A stretch of DNA of 64,000 bases from a virus (IMGVR_UViG_3300031853_000001:32001-96000); one strand, 5' to 3'; shown: positions 30,340 through 39,094, counted from the stretch's first letter. Notes: generated from the sequence alone by a model not told the origin. Numbers and translations: made by a program.

Positions 30340-30428
30340 CCGTTCTCTTTTTTATTAAACATATGTAAACTATAATGCCCGGATATTTTAATTTACATAT
30401 AATTAAAATTAAAGAGGAAAACTCCTCT

Positions 30429-31112
30429 TTAAATAATATTTAATGCCATTAATATTTTTTTCCACAAAGGTGCTAAATGAAAACGCACACTATAATTATA
30501 ATGCTGTTGTATAAGTTTCTTTTCCTCTTCATAGCTTTGAACAAGTTGCAAATAAGATTGATTTATCTTTTTTAATTCTTCAATTTCCTTTTCTTGTTTT
30601 TTATTAATAGTTGCATAATTAATAACTTGTTCAGTCATTGTTTTATCATGCTTATATATTTTATCATATTCATTTTTATTTATATAAAAACGATTATCAT
30701 TTTTTGTATTTTGAGCTAATTTAATAAGTTCATCCATTCTATTAACATCAAAAATTTGCCAAGGATTTTTACACAATTCAAAATATATAGGTTCACTAAC
30801 ATAATACCATTCGCGGCTATAAGAAGGAAGCCCTATTGCAAGCAACTCCAACATTAAATGAGCATAAGTTTCCATGTCATAACCTTTGGGAATAGGTAAT
30901 TTTTTAGTTAAGATATGATGCTCTTGATGAAATAGTTGGCAACTATGGGTTTTATATTGTTTAATACGTCTTGACAAATCTCCGCCCCAGCCAATTTTAA
31001 CAGAACATAACAATTCTCCATCCGGAGTAAGACCACGCTCTCCGAAAAAATATATACCACTATCATGATTATCACATGTAATATTATTGTTACTTAAAAC
31101 TTTCAATGCCAT
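30429..31112 (-). CDS. T5orf172/GIY-YIG-like domain protein with coiled-coil tail
   Basis: GIYF..VKIG..RRIKQY..EWYYV..YFELCKNPWQIF, matching 25167 (YFALCENPWQYIF). Confidence 0.7.
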   Translation of the reverse strand: MALKVLSNNNITCDNHDSGIYFFGERGLTPDGELLCSVKIGWGGDLSRRIKQYKTHSCQLFHQEHHILTKKLPIPKGYDMETYAHLMLELLAIGLPSYSREWYYVSEPIYFELCKNPWQIFDVNRMDELIKLAQNTKNDNRFYINKNEYDKIYKHDKTMTEQVINYATINKKQEKEIEELKKINQSYLQLVQSYEEEKKLIQQHYNYSVRFHLAPLWKKILMALNII

Positions 31113-31216
31113 ATTTTTTATTTCCTTTCTTTTGATACCTCAATTATAATACATAAATCATGTTATGTCAAGTTAAATCATTGTAAATCAAACTGTCCGG
31201 GCACTTTATTTTACAA

Positions 31217-31620
31217 AAAGTCAACAATTAGAAATCACTTTACCATGCTACTATGCTACCATAGCAGTATATTATCACTTTACTATGCTAAAGTGGTAGC
31301 ACTTTACTATACTACTATAGAAAACCTACTATTTGACTTTACTATAAAATTATGTTATACTATTATTAGAGAGGGAGAGGAGGAGCCCTCCTCAGTATAT
31401 TATTAGACAGATAAGCTGGACCGTAGGAGCTGGAATTTTATAGAAGCTGGAAAAGCTGGAACTTCTAATCAGACAACGAGCTGGAAATGTCAAGTATTTG
31501 ACAAGTGAAATTCCAGTTAGCTGGATATCAAGTATTAAACAAGATAAATTTAATTTTGTTAGCGAGTGATGTCAAATATTTGACAAGTTGGAAATCTGAT
31601 CAGTTGAAGCAGGAGCTGGA
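31217..31620. repeat. repeat-rich non-coding boundary: CACTTTAC(C/T)AT repeats, 7 AGCTGG, two TGTCAA-N4-TTGACA palindromes
   Basis: cactttaccatgcta, cactttactatgcta, cactttactatacta; tgtcaagtatttgaca (31488), tgtcaaatatttgaca (31570). Confidence 0.75.
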
Positions 31621-31821
31621 GAAGTTGGGCGTCTGGCCAAATTATATCAGTTAGACAAATTTTTTATATATATAAAAATATCCCATTTTATTATACTATA
31701 AATTATTTATTTTGTCAAATAAATAATTATTTTTTTTAATTTAAAAAATAAATTAAAATAATTTTAAAATAATAAAAATACTTTTTATTTGAGAAAATAA
31801 AAATAAAAGGAGTTTGAGAAA

Positions 31822-33063
31822 ATGAAAGAAGGGTTACATTTATCAGATGCATTGGAGCTGGAACAACCACGATACGAAAGAGGCCGTTTAAATTTAATAA
31901 ACGCACAAACGGGCCAGGGAAAGACAACCGCCGCAATTCATACAATCCCAGAACAATTGGGTATTGAGCCGCAACGTTGCTTAATTCTAATAGACACAAC
32001 AATGGGAGAAGAAGAAAAAATAGCACTTGACGAATGTCAAATGTGGGGTGAGAAGCTGGATAAACCCTATATATTAAATTATCAAAAATTTGGAGCAATG
32101 GTAAAACGCGGTGAAATTTCGGCCGCAATGTTTGATTATGTTGCGTGCGATGAAATTCATAATTTAATTAAATATGTCAGAATAGATGAAGCGAATATAT
32201 GGAAAAGAAACCCAGAAAGTGACAGAGAAGTAATTTGTTTATTACTTTCGCACGAATCGCTTTCGTATGTAGCCATAGACACTTTGTTTCATTGGGCTGA
32301 GCTACAAGGAGTTTGGTGGTTTGGTTTAACCGCGACCGCGGACAACCTAGAAAAATGGCCTCGTCTTAAAAACTATATAAATGAGATCCAAATTCAAGAG
32401 CAATTAATGGCGTATGAAGTATTCCAAAAATATGAATACTCAGACGTTCATGTGCTACTGCGAGCGAACCCAGAAGTTAAACGTTTAATTTTTGTCCCTA
32501 CAATAGAACAAGGAGAGCAATTTGCGCGCGAAATTCAAGAAAATACAGGACGTAATGTAATAAACCTATGGTCTCGCAACTCAACCAGAACTATGTCCGC
32601 GGGCCAGTTAGACACGGTTGAATATTTAAAGAATAAACATTGCTATCCAGACCATATTGATGACATTATATTAACAGAAGCATACGCCACAGGCTGGAAC
32701 CTTATTGATGATAACGTTCAAATTGTAATTGTTCATAGCGGAAATAAAGATATTCAAATTCAATTTCCTGGAAGAAAACGTGGAGATTGGCAAATACAAT
32801 ATAATTATAATAGTCAGCTAGCATTAAATGATAAGCGACAAGAACGTTATACAAAAGCAAGAGAACGTATTAGCAATCAAAATTGGATTGTGCCAGATGA
32901 ATATTTAAATAGGAAGTTAGGAAAACAAGAGAAAGAAGATTTATTAAAAGCAATGAATTATCCAAAGAAGTGGACTTCATTAAAAAAGGATTTAGCACAA
33001 AACTATAGAATAGAACAAACTGGAACTGGTATTTATTATGGGCATATTATTACCAAGTTATGA
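31822..33063 (+). CDS. SF2 (DExH) helicase-like protein
   Basis: Walker A AQTGQGKTT, DEIH, motif III GLTATA, motif V YATGWN, motif VI QFPGRKR. Confidence 0.8.
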   Translation: MKEGLHLSDALELEQPRYERGRLNLINAQTGQGKTTAAIHTIPEQLGIEPQRCLILIDTTMGEEEKIALDECQMWGEKLDKPYILNYQKFGAMVKRGEISAAMFDYVACDEIHNLIKYVRIDEANIWKRNPESDREVICLLLSHESLSYVAIDTLFHWAELQGVWWFGLTATADNLEKWPRLKNYINEIQIQEQLMAYEVFQKYEYSDVHVLLRANPEVKRLIFVPTIEQGEQFAREIQENTGRNVINLWSRNSTRTMSAGQLDTVEYLKNKHCYPDHIDDIILTEAYATGWNLIDDNVQIVIVHSGNKDIQIQFPGRKRGDWQIQYNYNSQLALNDKRQERYTKARERISNQNWIVPDEYLNRKLGKQEKEDLLKAMNYPKKWTSLKKDLAQNYRIEQTGTGIYYGHIITKL

Positions 33064-33091
33064 GTGATAACATAGGAAAATAGAAAAAAAA

Positions 33092-33128
33092 TTTATCCGG
33101 GGGTGTCTATATTACACCCCCGGATAAA
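33092..33128. terminator. perfect 15-bp hairpin after helicase (terminator or origin element)
   Basis: tttatccgggggtgt-ctatatt-acacccccggataaa. Confidence 0.6.
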
Positions 33129-33569
33129 AATTTTGTCGGTAAAAATTACTACCAGTTAAAAACTTGACTTTTTCTAAATTCCAGAAATATAATTTTTAAT
33201 AGAAATAAATACTTGACTTTGCCTGGAATTTAGGCGCACTACTACCCACTATATACCAAATTTCTCTACCTACCAGAAAACCCTACCTCCCCTCCCAAAA
33301 ATTTACTCCCTTACCTTCTCCCTATACTCCAACTTCCTTTATTTAAAATTACTTATCTTCTCCTTTCTTTACACATCAGATGTACCTGTTATTAAATATT
33401 TAAAATGCTATATTTTTCCCTTTTCTCGCGGCCACAAGAAAACCTTGCGTCCCCCTCTACGTTTGTTAAAAGGTGCTTCGCACCTTTTAACAAACCGCTC
33501 CCCAGGGAGCGAGATTTTTGACTTTTGGTAAAATTTGATGTATAATATAAATAAAGGAAGTGAAAGTAG

Positions 33570-34049
33570 ATGAAAAAGGGTAAGGAATATATTGTTAATC
33601 AATATGATAATTATCAAATTGTTTGGTATAATTATTATTTTGAAAATAGAGAAGAATGCGAAAACTATCAATTAAAAGATAACGAGCGAGTGATTGATGT
33701 AAAATTTGCTGCGGAAGACTATCCAAATTTTAAATGGGTAATGTGCGTGCAAGAAATTCGCACAGTTCAAAAAAATGGGAGGTTTAGTATGAATAATGGT
33801 GAAGAATTAAATAACTTTTTTAATAAGAAAGATGAAAAATTTGATGCAGATTATTGTAATGAGAAGACTCACGAAATTATTGCTGCACACGAAAAAGAAA
33901 CTGTTAGAGAACTGATTTTGTTTGCGGCGAAAAGTGGTTGTTTTCGCACAATTTTACCTAGATGTCATTCTGATACTACGAAATGGTTAACTGAATTGGG
34001 TTTTAAAGTTTATTATCAAGGTCAAACAGAAGTAAGTTGGGAGGATTGA
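33570..34049 (+). CDS. hypothetical protein
   Basis: promoter ttgact..tataat upstream; 159 aa. Confidence 0.6.
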   Translation: MKKGKEYIVNQYDNYQIVWYNYYFENREECENYQLKDNERVIDVKFAAEDYPNFKWVMCVQEIRTVQKNGRFSMNNGEELNNFFNKKDEKFDADYCNEKTHEIIAAHEKETVRELILFAAKSGCFRTILPRCHSDTTKWLTELGFKVYYQGQTEVSWED

Positions 34050-34053
34050 GAAT

Positions 34054-34284
34054 ATGTTTAATGCGGCGAAAGCCAATTCGCTTATGAATAAGGCAAAAAA
34101 TAATCAGTTGAACAGTTGGTTTAAATTACAGCAAGAAATTAGAGAACGCGCAATTCGCGGTTTTGACTTTCTTTATTTAACAAATCCAAATTATTTAAAT
34201 TTAACAACTTCGTTACAAGTTAATGGGTATGAAGTTGCTTATGATAAAATTGCGGGATTGTGGTATTGTAGTTGGGCTTATTAA
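34054..34284 (+). CDS. hypothetical protein
   Basis: GGGAGG SD. Confidence 0.6.
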   Translation: MFNAAKANSLMNKAKNNQLNSWFKLQQEIRERAIRGFDFLYLTNPNYLNLTTSLQVNGYEVAYDKIAGLWYCSWAY

Positions 34285-34588
34285 GATTAAATAAGTGCAA
34301 TTTCATTTTCATCTCTACAATTTTATTTTGATTTTATTTTATAGGTATATGGCCTTTAAACCAACCCCTCTTATATTTGCAATTTCATTTTCATTTCAAT
34401 TTGAAATTTCATTTTAAATTTTCGCGCGAAAATATCCCTTAACATAACCCCAGTTTGCAATTTCATTTTCATTTTAAAACTATTTTCGCGCGAAAATTTT
34501 AATTTTATAAAATCCTATAAACCAACCCCTTGACTTTATATTAAAATTATATTATAATAAATATAGAAAAGAAAAGGAGTTATTGGTT

Positions 34589-35725
34589 ATGTATTTAACT
34601 AAATTTATGAATGAAAATCTCGATTGGCAGACTAAGCTCGTAGCTGCTCCGTATTTTCTGGAAATTCATTCTGATATTATTGAAGGCGTTGAATATTATA
34701 TTTTGAAATATAATATGATTATGTCTGATATGAGCTTGCCTGAGGTTCAAGAAGCTCGTGGTTCCATCTTTCGCAAGAACGAAGATGGCTATTGGATATG
34801 CGTATGCCATCCGTTTGACAAGTTCTTCAACTATGGAGAATCCCAGTCTGCGGTTAATCGCATTGATTGGTCTACTGCTTCTGTTCAGCAGAAGGTGGAT
34901 GGAAGTCTTATCAAATTTTGGTATGGCAATGATGGTTGGGTGGTCTCTACAAATGGAACAATAGATGCTTACAAAGCAGAGTGCGGCGATACCACCTATG
35001 GCGCGTTGGTAGAGCAGGTTATTGACCGTATTCCTAATTTTTTCAAGATGTTAGACCGCGACTATACTTATATGTTTGAACTAACTTCTCCTTTTAATCG
35101 TATTGTTATACATTATGAAGGGGTTAATTTGTGGTATCTTGGTCGACGCAACATTTCAAATCATATTGAAGACAATGAACCCTTGATGATTAGCGGCATA
35201 CTTCATCCCGAAATATACCTCCATCACTCTCTTTCTGAATGTATTGCGGCCGCACACGAAATGGGCGATGATGAAGAGGGATATGTAGTGTGTGATGCGA
35301 ACTTCAACCGTATTAAAATTAAAGGTGATGAGTATTTACGCCTGCATAAAATGCGTGGCAATGGGCCGCTAAATATCACCCAAGTAATAGAAATGTATCA
35401 GAATGATTCTCTTGATGACTTTATCGCCTACTACCCCGAGTTTAAGTCTTTCGTAGATGAAGTTATTGGACAACTGCGACATTTAATTGATATTGCTGAT
35501 ATTGCTTTTTCTGCTATAATGTCACATTCTCCCGCTACTCGTGCGGATTTCGCACAGTATGCTTGCACTTATATCGGACCGTTAAAGTCTTTCTTGTTCG
35601 CACGACTGGATAACAAGGTTGCAAATGCTACCGAATTTTATAAGGAGATGCGCGCGAAGAGTCTTTCCGCGCACCTTCAAACCATTTTAACTCATAAAGA
35701 AATTGGGATTATGGAGGACGATTAA
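34589..35725 (+). CDS. RNA ligase (T4 Rnl1-like)
   Basis: EARG..F, PFDKFFNYGE, motif I KVDGS, FEL..P.NRIV, EGYVV, RIKIK. Confidence 0.9.
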   Translation: MYLTKFMNENLDWQTKLVAAPYFLEIHSDIIEGVEYYILKYNMIMSDMSLPEVQEARGSIFRKNEDGYWICVCHPFDKFFNYGESQSAVNRIDWSTASVQQKVDGSLIKFWYGNDGWVVSTNGTIDAYKAECGDTTYGALVEQVIDRIPNFFKMLDRDYTYMFELTSPFNRIVIHYEGVNLWYLGRRNISNHIEDNEPLMISGILHPEIYLHHSLSECIAAAHEMGDDEEGYVVCDANFNRIKIKGDEYLRLHKMRGNGPLNITQVIEMYQNDSLDDFIAYYPEFKSFVDEVIGQLRHLIDIADIAFSAIMSHSPATRADFAQYACTYIGPLKSFLFARLDNKVANATEFYKEMRAKSLSAHLQTILTHKEIGIMEDD

Positions 35726-35728
35726 AGT

Positions 35729-35980
35729 ATGTATGATTATCTTAAAGAATTAGAACAAGAACATAAAGCAGAACTTCTTCAACTAAAAATGCAATGGGAA
35801 GCTATGAAACTTCAAGTTGAGTCAGAGAAGGATAAAAATCCTAAGATGGGCGAAAAACTTGATGCTTACTTAAATATGCTGAAGAATAGTATTAAAGAAT
35901 TGCTATCGAGTAGCGAAGATTGGGATGAAGATTCATTAGCTGACTATAATTATATTTTTGGTGAAGAGAATGAAGATTAA
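35729..35980 (+). CDS. hypothetical coiled-coil protein
   Basis: GGAGG SD; operon context. Confidence 0.6.
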   Translation: MYDYLKELEQEHKAELLQLKMQWEAMKLQVESEKDKNPKMGEKLDAYLNMLKNSIKELLSSSEDWDEDSLADYNYIFGEENED

Positions 35981-36389
35981 AGAAAAGTTAATTCACTTTC
36001 TTGGCGGCTTAACCCAAGATGAGCACAATGAAGATGTTAATTCTTTAACTAAGGCACATGAAGTTATTTTAGCTAAACTAAATGAAAAAGAAGAACGGCT
36101 TCAAAGAAACTTAAATGCTCTTGAATGGGCAATAGAAGATAGTCGTATGACTGGCAGGATAAATGTGGTTAGAACTGAAAAGCCTATCCATACTATTAAA
36201 ACAGAAAATATTATTCTTGAAGAAGCCTATGAATTTCATCCAGAAGATGAAATTATTGAGCGCGCGAAACAGTATATAGGCGAACAATTATTTCATACGT
36301 TAATGGAAAGTAAGTTAATTGATTTTAAAATGTCTGATGATTTCGGAAAAAAGAAATTAACTGGAACAATTTATGTGAGGGAACCATAA
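35970..36389 (+). CDS. hypothetical protein
   Basis: operon context. Confidence 0.6.
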   Translation: MKIKEKLIHFLGGLTQDEHNEDVNSLTKAHEVILAKLNEKEERLQRNLNALEWAIEDSRMTGRINVVRTEKPIHTIKTENIILEEAYEFHPEDEIIERAKQYIGEQLFHTLMESKLIDFKMSDDFGKKKLTGTIYVREP

Positions 36390-36568
36390 GGAGAAAATTA
36401 TGAAACTTTGGAATAAAATTAATTGTCATTTTGGTAATCATAAATATCATTGGAATGATACTTATGTGACTTTAATTAATGAAGATGTTTGTAGAATTGA
36501 ACAAAATTGTTGTTATTGCGGCTATTGTAATTGTTTTCTAACTCATTATTTTAAGGAAGGAAATGTAG

Positions 36569-37081
36569 ATGAATAAAAATACAAAGAAATTAACTTTTAC
36601 GGCACTTGGTATTGCATTATACGTTCTATTAAGTATGACAATGAAAATCCCGCTAATTGGGCATATTGGTCTTGACCTTGGTTATATTGTTTTCGCAGTT
36701 TATTGCTATCATTTTGGCATTCTCCCCGGAGTAATGGTTGGTGGAATAGGCTGTATTTTAGTATCTTTACTAACTTCTGGTTGGTTTCCTCCTGGATGGC
36801 TACTTGGTAATATTCTAATTGGAATATTTTGCGGCTGGCTTTATAAGCACGAAAACACTAATTATGCTATTATTAGTAATATTGTCGTTACTATTGCGGC
36901 AGTTGCTCTTGGTATTTTAGGCGTTAAGACAATTGTTGAGTGTAGCTTATATAGTATTCCTCTCGCGGTTAAAGTCCCAAAGAGCATAGTTGCTTTTGTT
37001 ACTGACGCCATTGTTATGTGTGCAGGAACCCTACTCGCGCGAAACAAGACTATTACTCATTATCTGGAGGACTTCACTTAA
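36569..37081 (+). CDS. ECF transporter S component
   Basis: about 6 TM, KKLTFTALGIALY..IP...LDLG..G...G..VG..G pattern. Confidence 0.8.
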   Translation: MNKNTKKLTFTALGIALYVLLSMTMKIPLIGHIGLDLGYIVFAVYCYHFGILPGVMVGGIGCILVSLLTSGWFPPGWLLGNILIGIFCGWLYKHENTNYAIISNIVVTIAAVALGILGVKTIVECSLYSIPLAVKVPKSIVAFVTDAIVMCAGTLLARNKTITHYLEDFT

Positions 37082-37287
37082 TGAATACAGTTGAAGACAT
37101 TATTAACCTAATTTCTCGCCGCGACAATATTTCATATCTTGAAGCAATGAATATTGTGAATGAGTGCATGGAAGAAATGGAAGACGCAGTTATACGTGGG
37201 AATTGGCAAGAAGCAGAAGATATTTTAGCATCTTATTTAGGTCTTGAACCTGATTATCTTGATATTTTAATGACGGAGATGTTTTAA
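37081..37287 (+). CDS. acidic hypothetical protein
   Basis: GGAGG SD; RRD.IS..EA and LGLEPDY motif. Confidence 0.7.
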   Translation: MNTVEDIINLISRRDNISYLEAMNIVNECMEEMEDAVIRGNWQEAEDILASYLGLEPDYLDILMTEMF

Positions 37288-37430
37288 TATGGAGATTTTA
37301 AACATTCTAATTCTATTTCTAATTGTATTTTATCTTTCTAAACTCCTAGATTTTGGTATTAAACTGTGGCAGGCTCTACCTATAAAAGAAGAGCCAAGCA
37401 CCCCAATTTACATTACAAAGGAGCTTTAAT

Positions 37431-37679
37431 ATGAGGTTTATTAAAAAGCCAATTGCTATTGAAGCTGTCCAATGGACGGGCAATAATGTAGATGAAATTA
37501 TGAATTTTATGGAAGATAACCCTCCCATATTTGACTATTGGAATAGAATAACTATTCAAACTTTGGAAGGAGAAATGAAAGCTCCTGTTGGAAGTTGGAT
37601 TATTCGCGGCCCGAAGGGTGAATATTATCCTTGCCGACAGGATGTATTTGAGGAAACATATGAACAAATTTCTGAATGA
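37431..37679 (+). CDS. conserved phage protein (KKP..IEAVQWTG...TLEG..G.WII.G..GEYYPC..DVFEETY family)
   Basis: well-known phage hypothetical motif. Confidence 0.75.
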   Translation: MRFIKKPIAIEAVQWTGNNVDEIMNFMEDNPPIFDYWNRITIQTLEGEMKAPVGSWIIRGPKGEYYPCRQDVFEETYEQISE

Positions 37680-38372
37680 TTTTTCGCGTGAAGAACTTGA
37701 AAATATAATTAAAAATCAAGATTATACTATTAAAGATTTGCAAGAGCGTTTATATAGATTAACTGGTTGTCTTGATTTTGGAGGTTGTGACGGAACAGTG
37801 GGTTCTTGTCATTATTGTTTAGCAGAAGACCCTGAAATGTTTGAAAAATGTTGGCAATTTAAATATAAGAGGATTGATAAAAATGATTGCTCTAAATAGA
37901 AAAATGCCGCAAACTTGTTTTGAGTGCCCTTGTATGCAAACTTTATGTATAGATAAAGAAAATATTCAAAATGTTCAATATCTAATTCGTTATTGTGCGG
38001 CCGCGAAGCAAGAAATGGTTGTTATTGAATGGGATACTTCTGAAAGTATTCCCGATGTTTGGATGAATTGGTCTAAACCAAAGTGGTGCCCTTGGAAAGA
38101 AATTTCTGAAAATAAGAATGAAGAATATGCTTGGCAAATGTCTATGGCTGGTTTAGGAGGTTCTTATGCATAATATAAAATGTCCCAAATGCGGCGAAAG
38201 CTATTATATAGAGCGCTATTCTACTATAACCGCGATGTATTTTCCTCCTGTTTATAAAAATGGAATAAATATTAACCCAGATAGAAATATAACTACAACT
38301 GTATGTGAATGTTTAAATTGTAATAATATTTTTAGTTATCGAGCTAAAGGCGGTGAAATTTTAGATGAATAG
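37660..38372 (+). CDS. three small Cys-rich ORFs (37660-37899, 37883-38173, 38166-38372)
   Basis: overlapping start/stop, SD sites, CxxC motifs. Confidence 0.55.
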
Positions 38373-38752
38373 TTTTTTAGCTGAATTAGGAAGAGCTTTT
38401 GGAGTTGCTTTACTAATAATTATTTCAATTCCAATAATTTTAATTTGTATTATACTTTTTCCATTTGTTGCTTTAATTGGAATGTTATTTGATATATTAA
38501 ATGATAATTACTAATGCGGCATTGCCGCATTTTTATTTGACTTTTATTTTAATTTCTGTTATAATATTTATGAAAGGAGAATAGATATGATAGCAAAACT
38601 AATTTATAAAGATGATTGCTATTATTGTAGTGAATGTAGAATGAAGCAATCTAAAATTTTAGAACCATATTGTTTCTTTTGCGGTTCAACTTTTTCTAAT
38701 TATGAAGAAGAACTTATTAAAGTTTTTAGCAAAGAAGAAGAGGAGCAATTAA

Positions 38753-39094
38753 ATGGATAAAATGAGTTGTGGCATTATTTATGCCGTGAAATTAAATTCA
38801 GAAGGAAACAGATATAAAAGTATTGCTACTTTTATGTCTAAATATACTGGCACACCTGTTGAATATTATACTAATTCAATATTAGAAACAATACTTTCTA
38901 ACGCAGTTGCTGACTTATTAGAAAATCTAAAACATCCTTCTTCTTTCTGGTATAATTATTGGCGTTGGAAGCAATATCCTTGGAACATGAATGATTTTAA
39001 TGCTATTTGCGCATCTTTAACAGAAATCGCGGTTAAAGATAAAAATGATAATTATATAAATGGCTTTATGCCGCTGGAGGATTGTTATGATTAA
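38753..39094 (+). CDS. hypothetical protein
   Basis: GAGGAG SD. Confidence 0.6.
   Translation: MDKMSCGIIYAVKLNSEGNRYKSIATFMSKYTGTPVEYYTNSILETILSNAVADLLENLKHPSSFWYNYWRWKQYPWNMNDFNAICASLTEIAVKDKNDNYINGFMPLEDCYD

Larger units (their letters stand above)
11037..31180. promoter_or_regulatory. dozens of near-consensus sigma-A/70 early promoters (TTAAC-TTGAC..17..TG-N-TATAAT), about one per unit
   Basis: e.g. 11042 ttgact..tgctataat; 12851 ttgaca..tggtataat; 15342; 15606; 20360; 21340; 23704; minus-strand copies at ~12795, 27888, 28470, 28940, 29502, 31167. Confidence 0.9.
10487..31214. repeat. 39 dispersed copies of a 32-bp palindrome GT(A/T)AATTA-N6-CCGG-N6-TAAT(T/A)AC, all intergenic
   Basis: Starts read by eye: 10487,10999,11515,11874,12177,12491,12810,13202,13652,14012,14335,14653,15023,15299,15563,15858,16235,16580,17034,17809,18378,19099,20214,20822,21791,22382,23536,24223,24554,25044,25867,26192,27238,27903,28485,29046,29518,30365,31183. 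Geometry 8-6-4-6-8 and central CG are invariant. Confidence 0.95.

Noticed and set aside
10487-31214. CRISPR array interpretation of the 32-bp repeats
   Set aside because: Repeats are degenerate and separated by 0.3-1.2 kb gene units, not 30-40 nt spacers; no cas genes.
10487-31214. Classical integron attC sites
   Set aside because: No RYYYAAC...GTTRRRY bottom-strand hairpin layout with extrahelical bases, cassettes carry their own promoters and occur in both orientations, and no IntI is visible.
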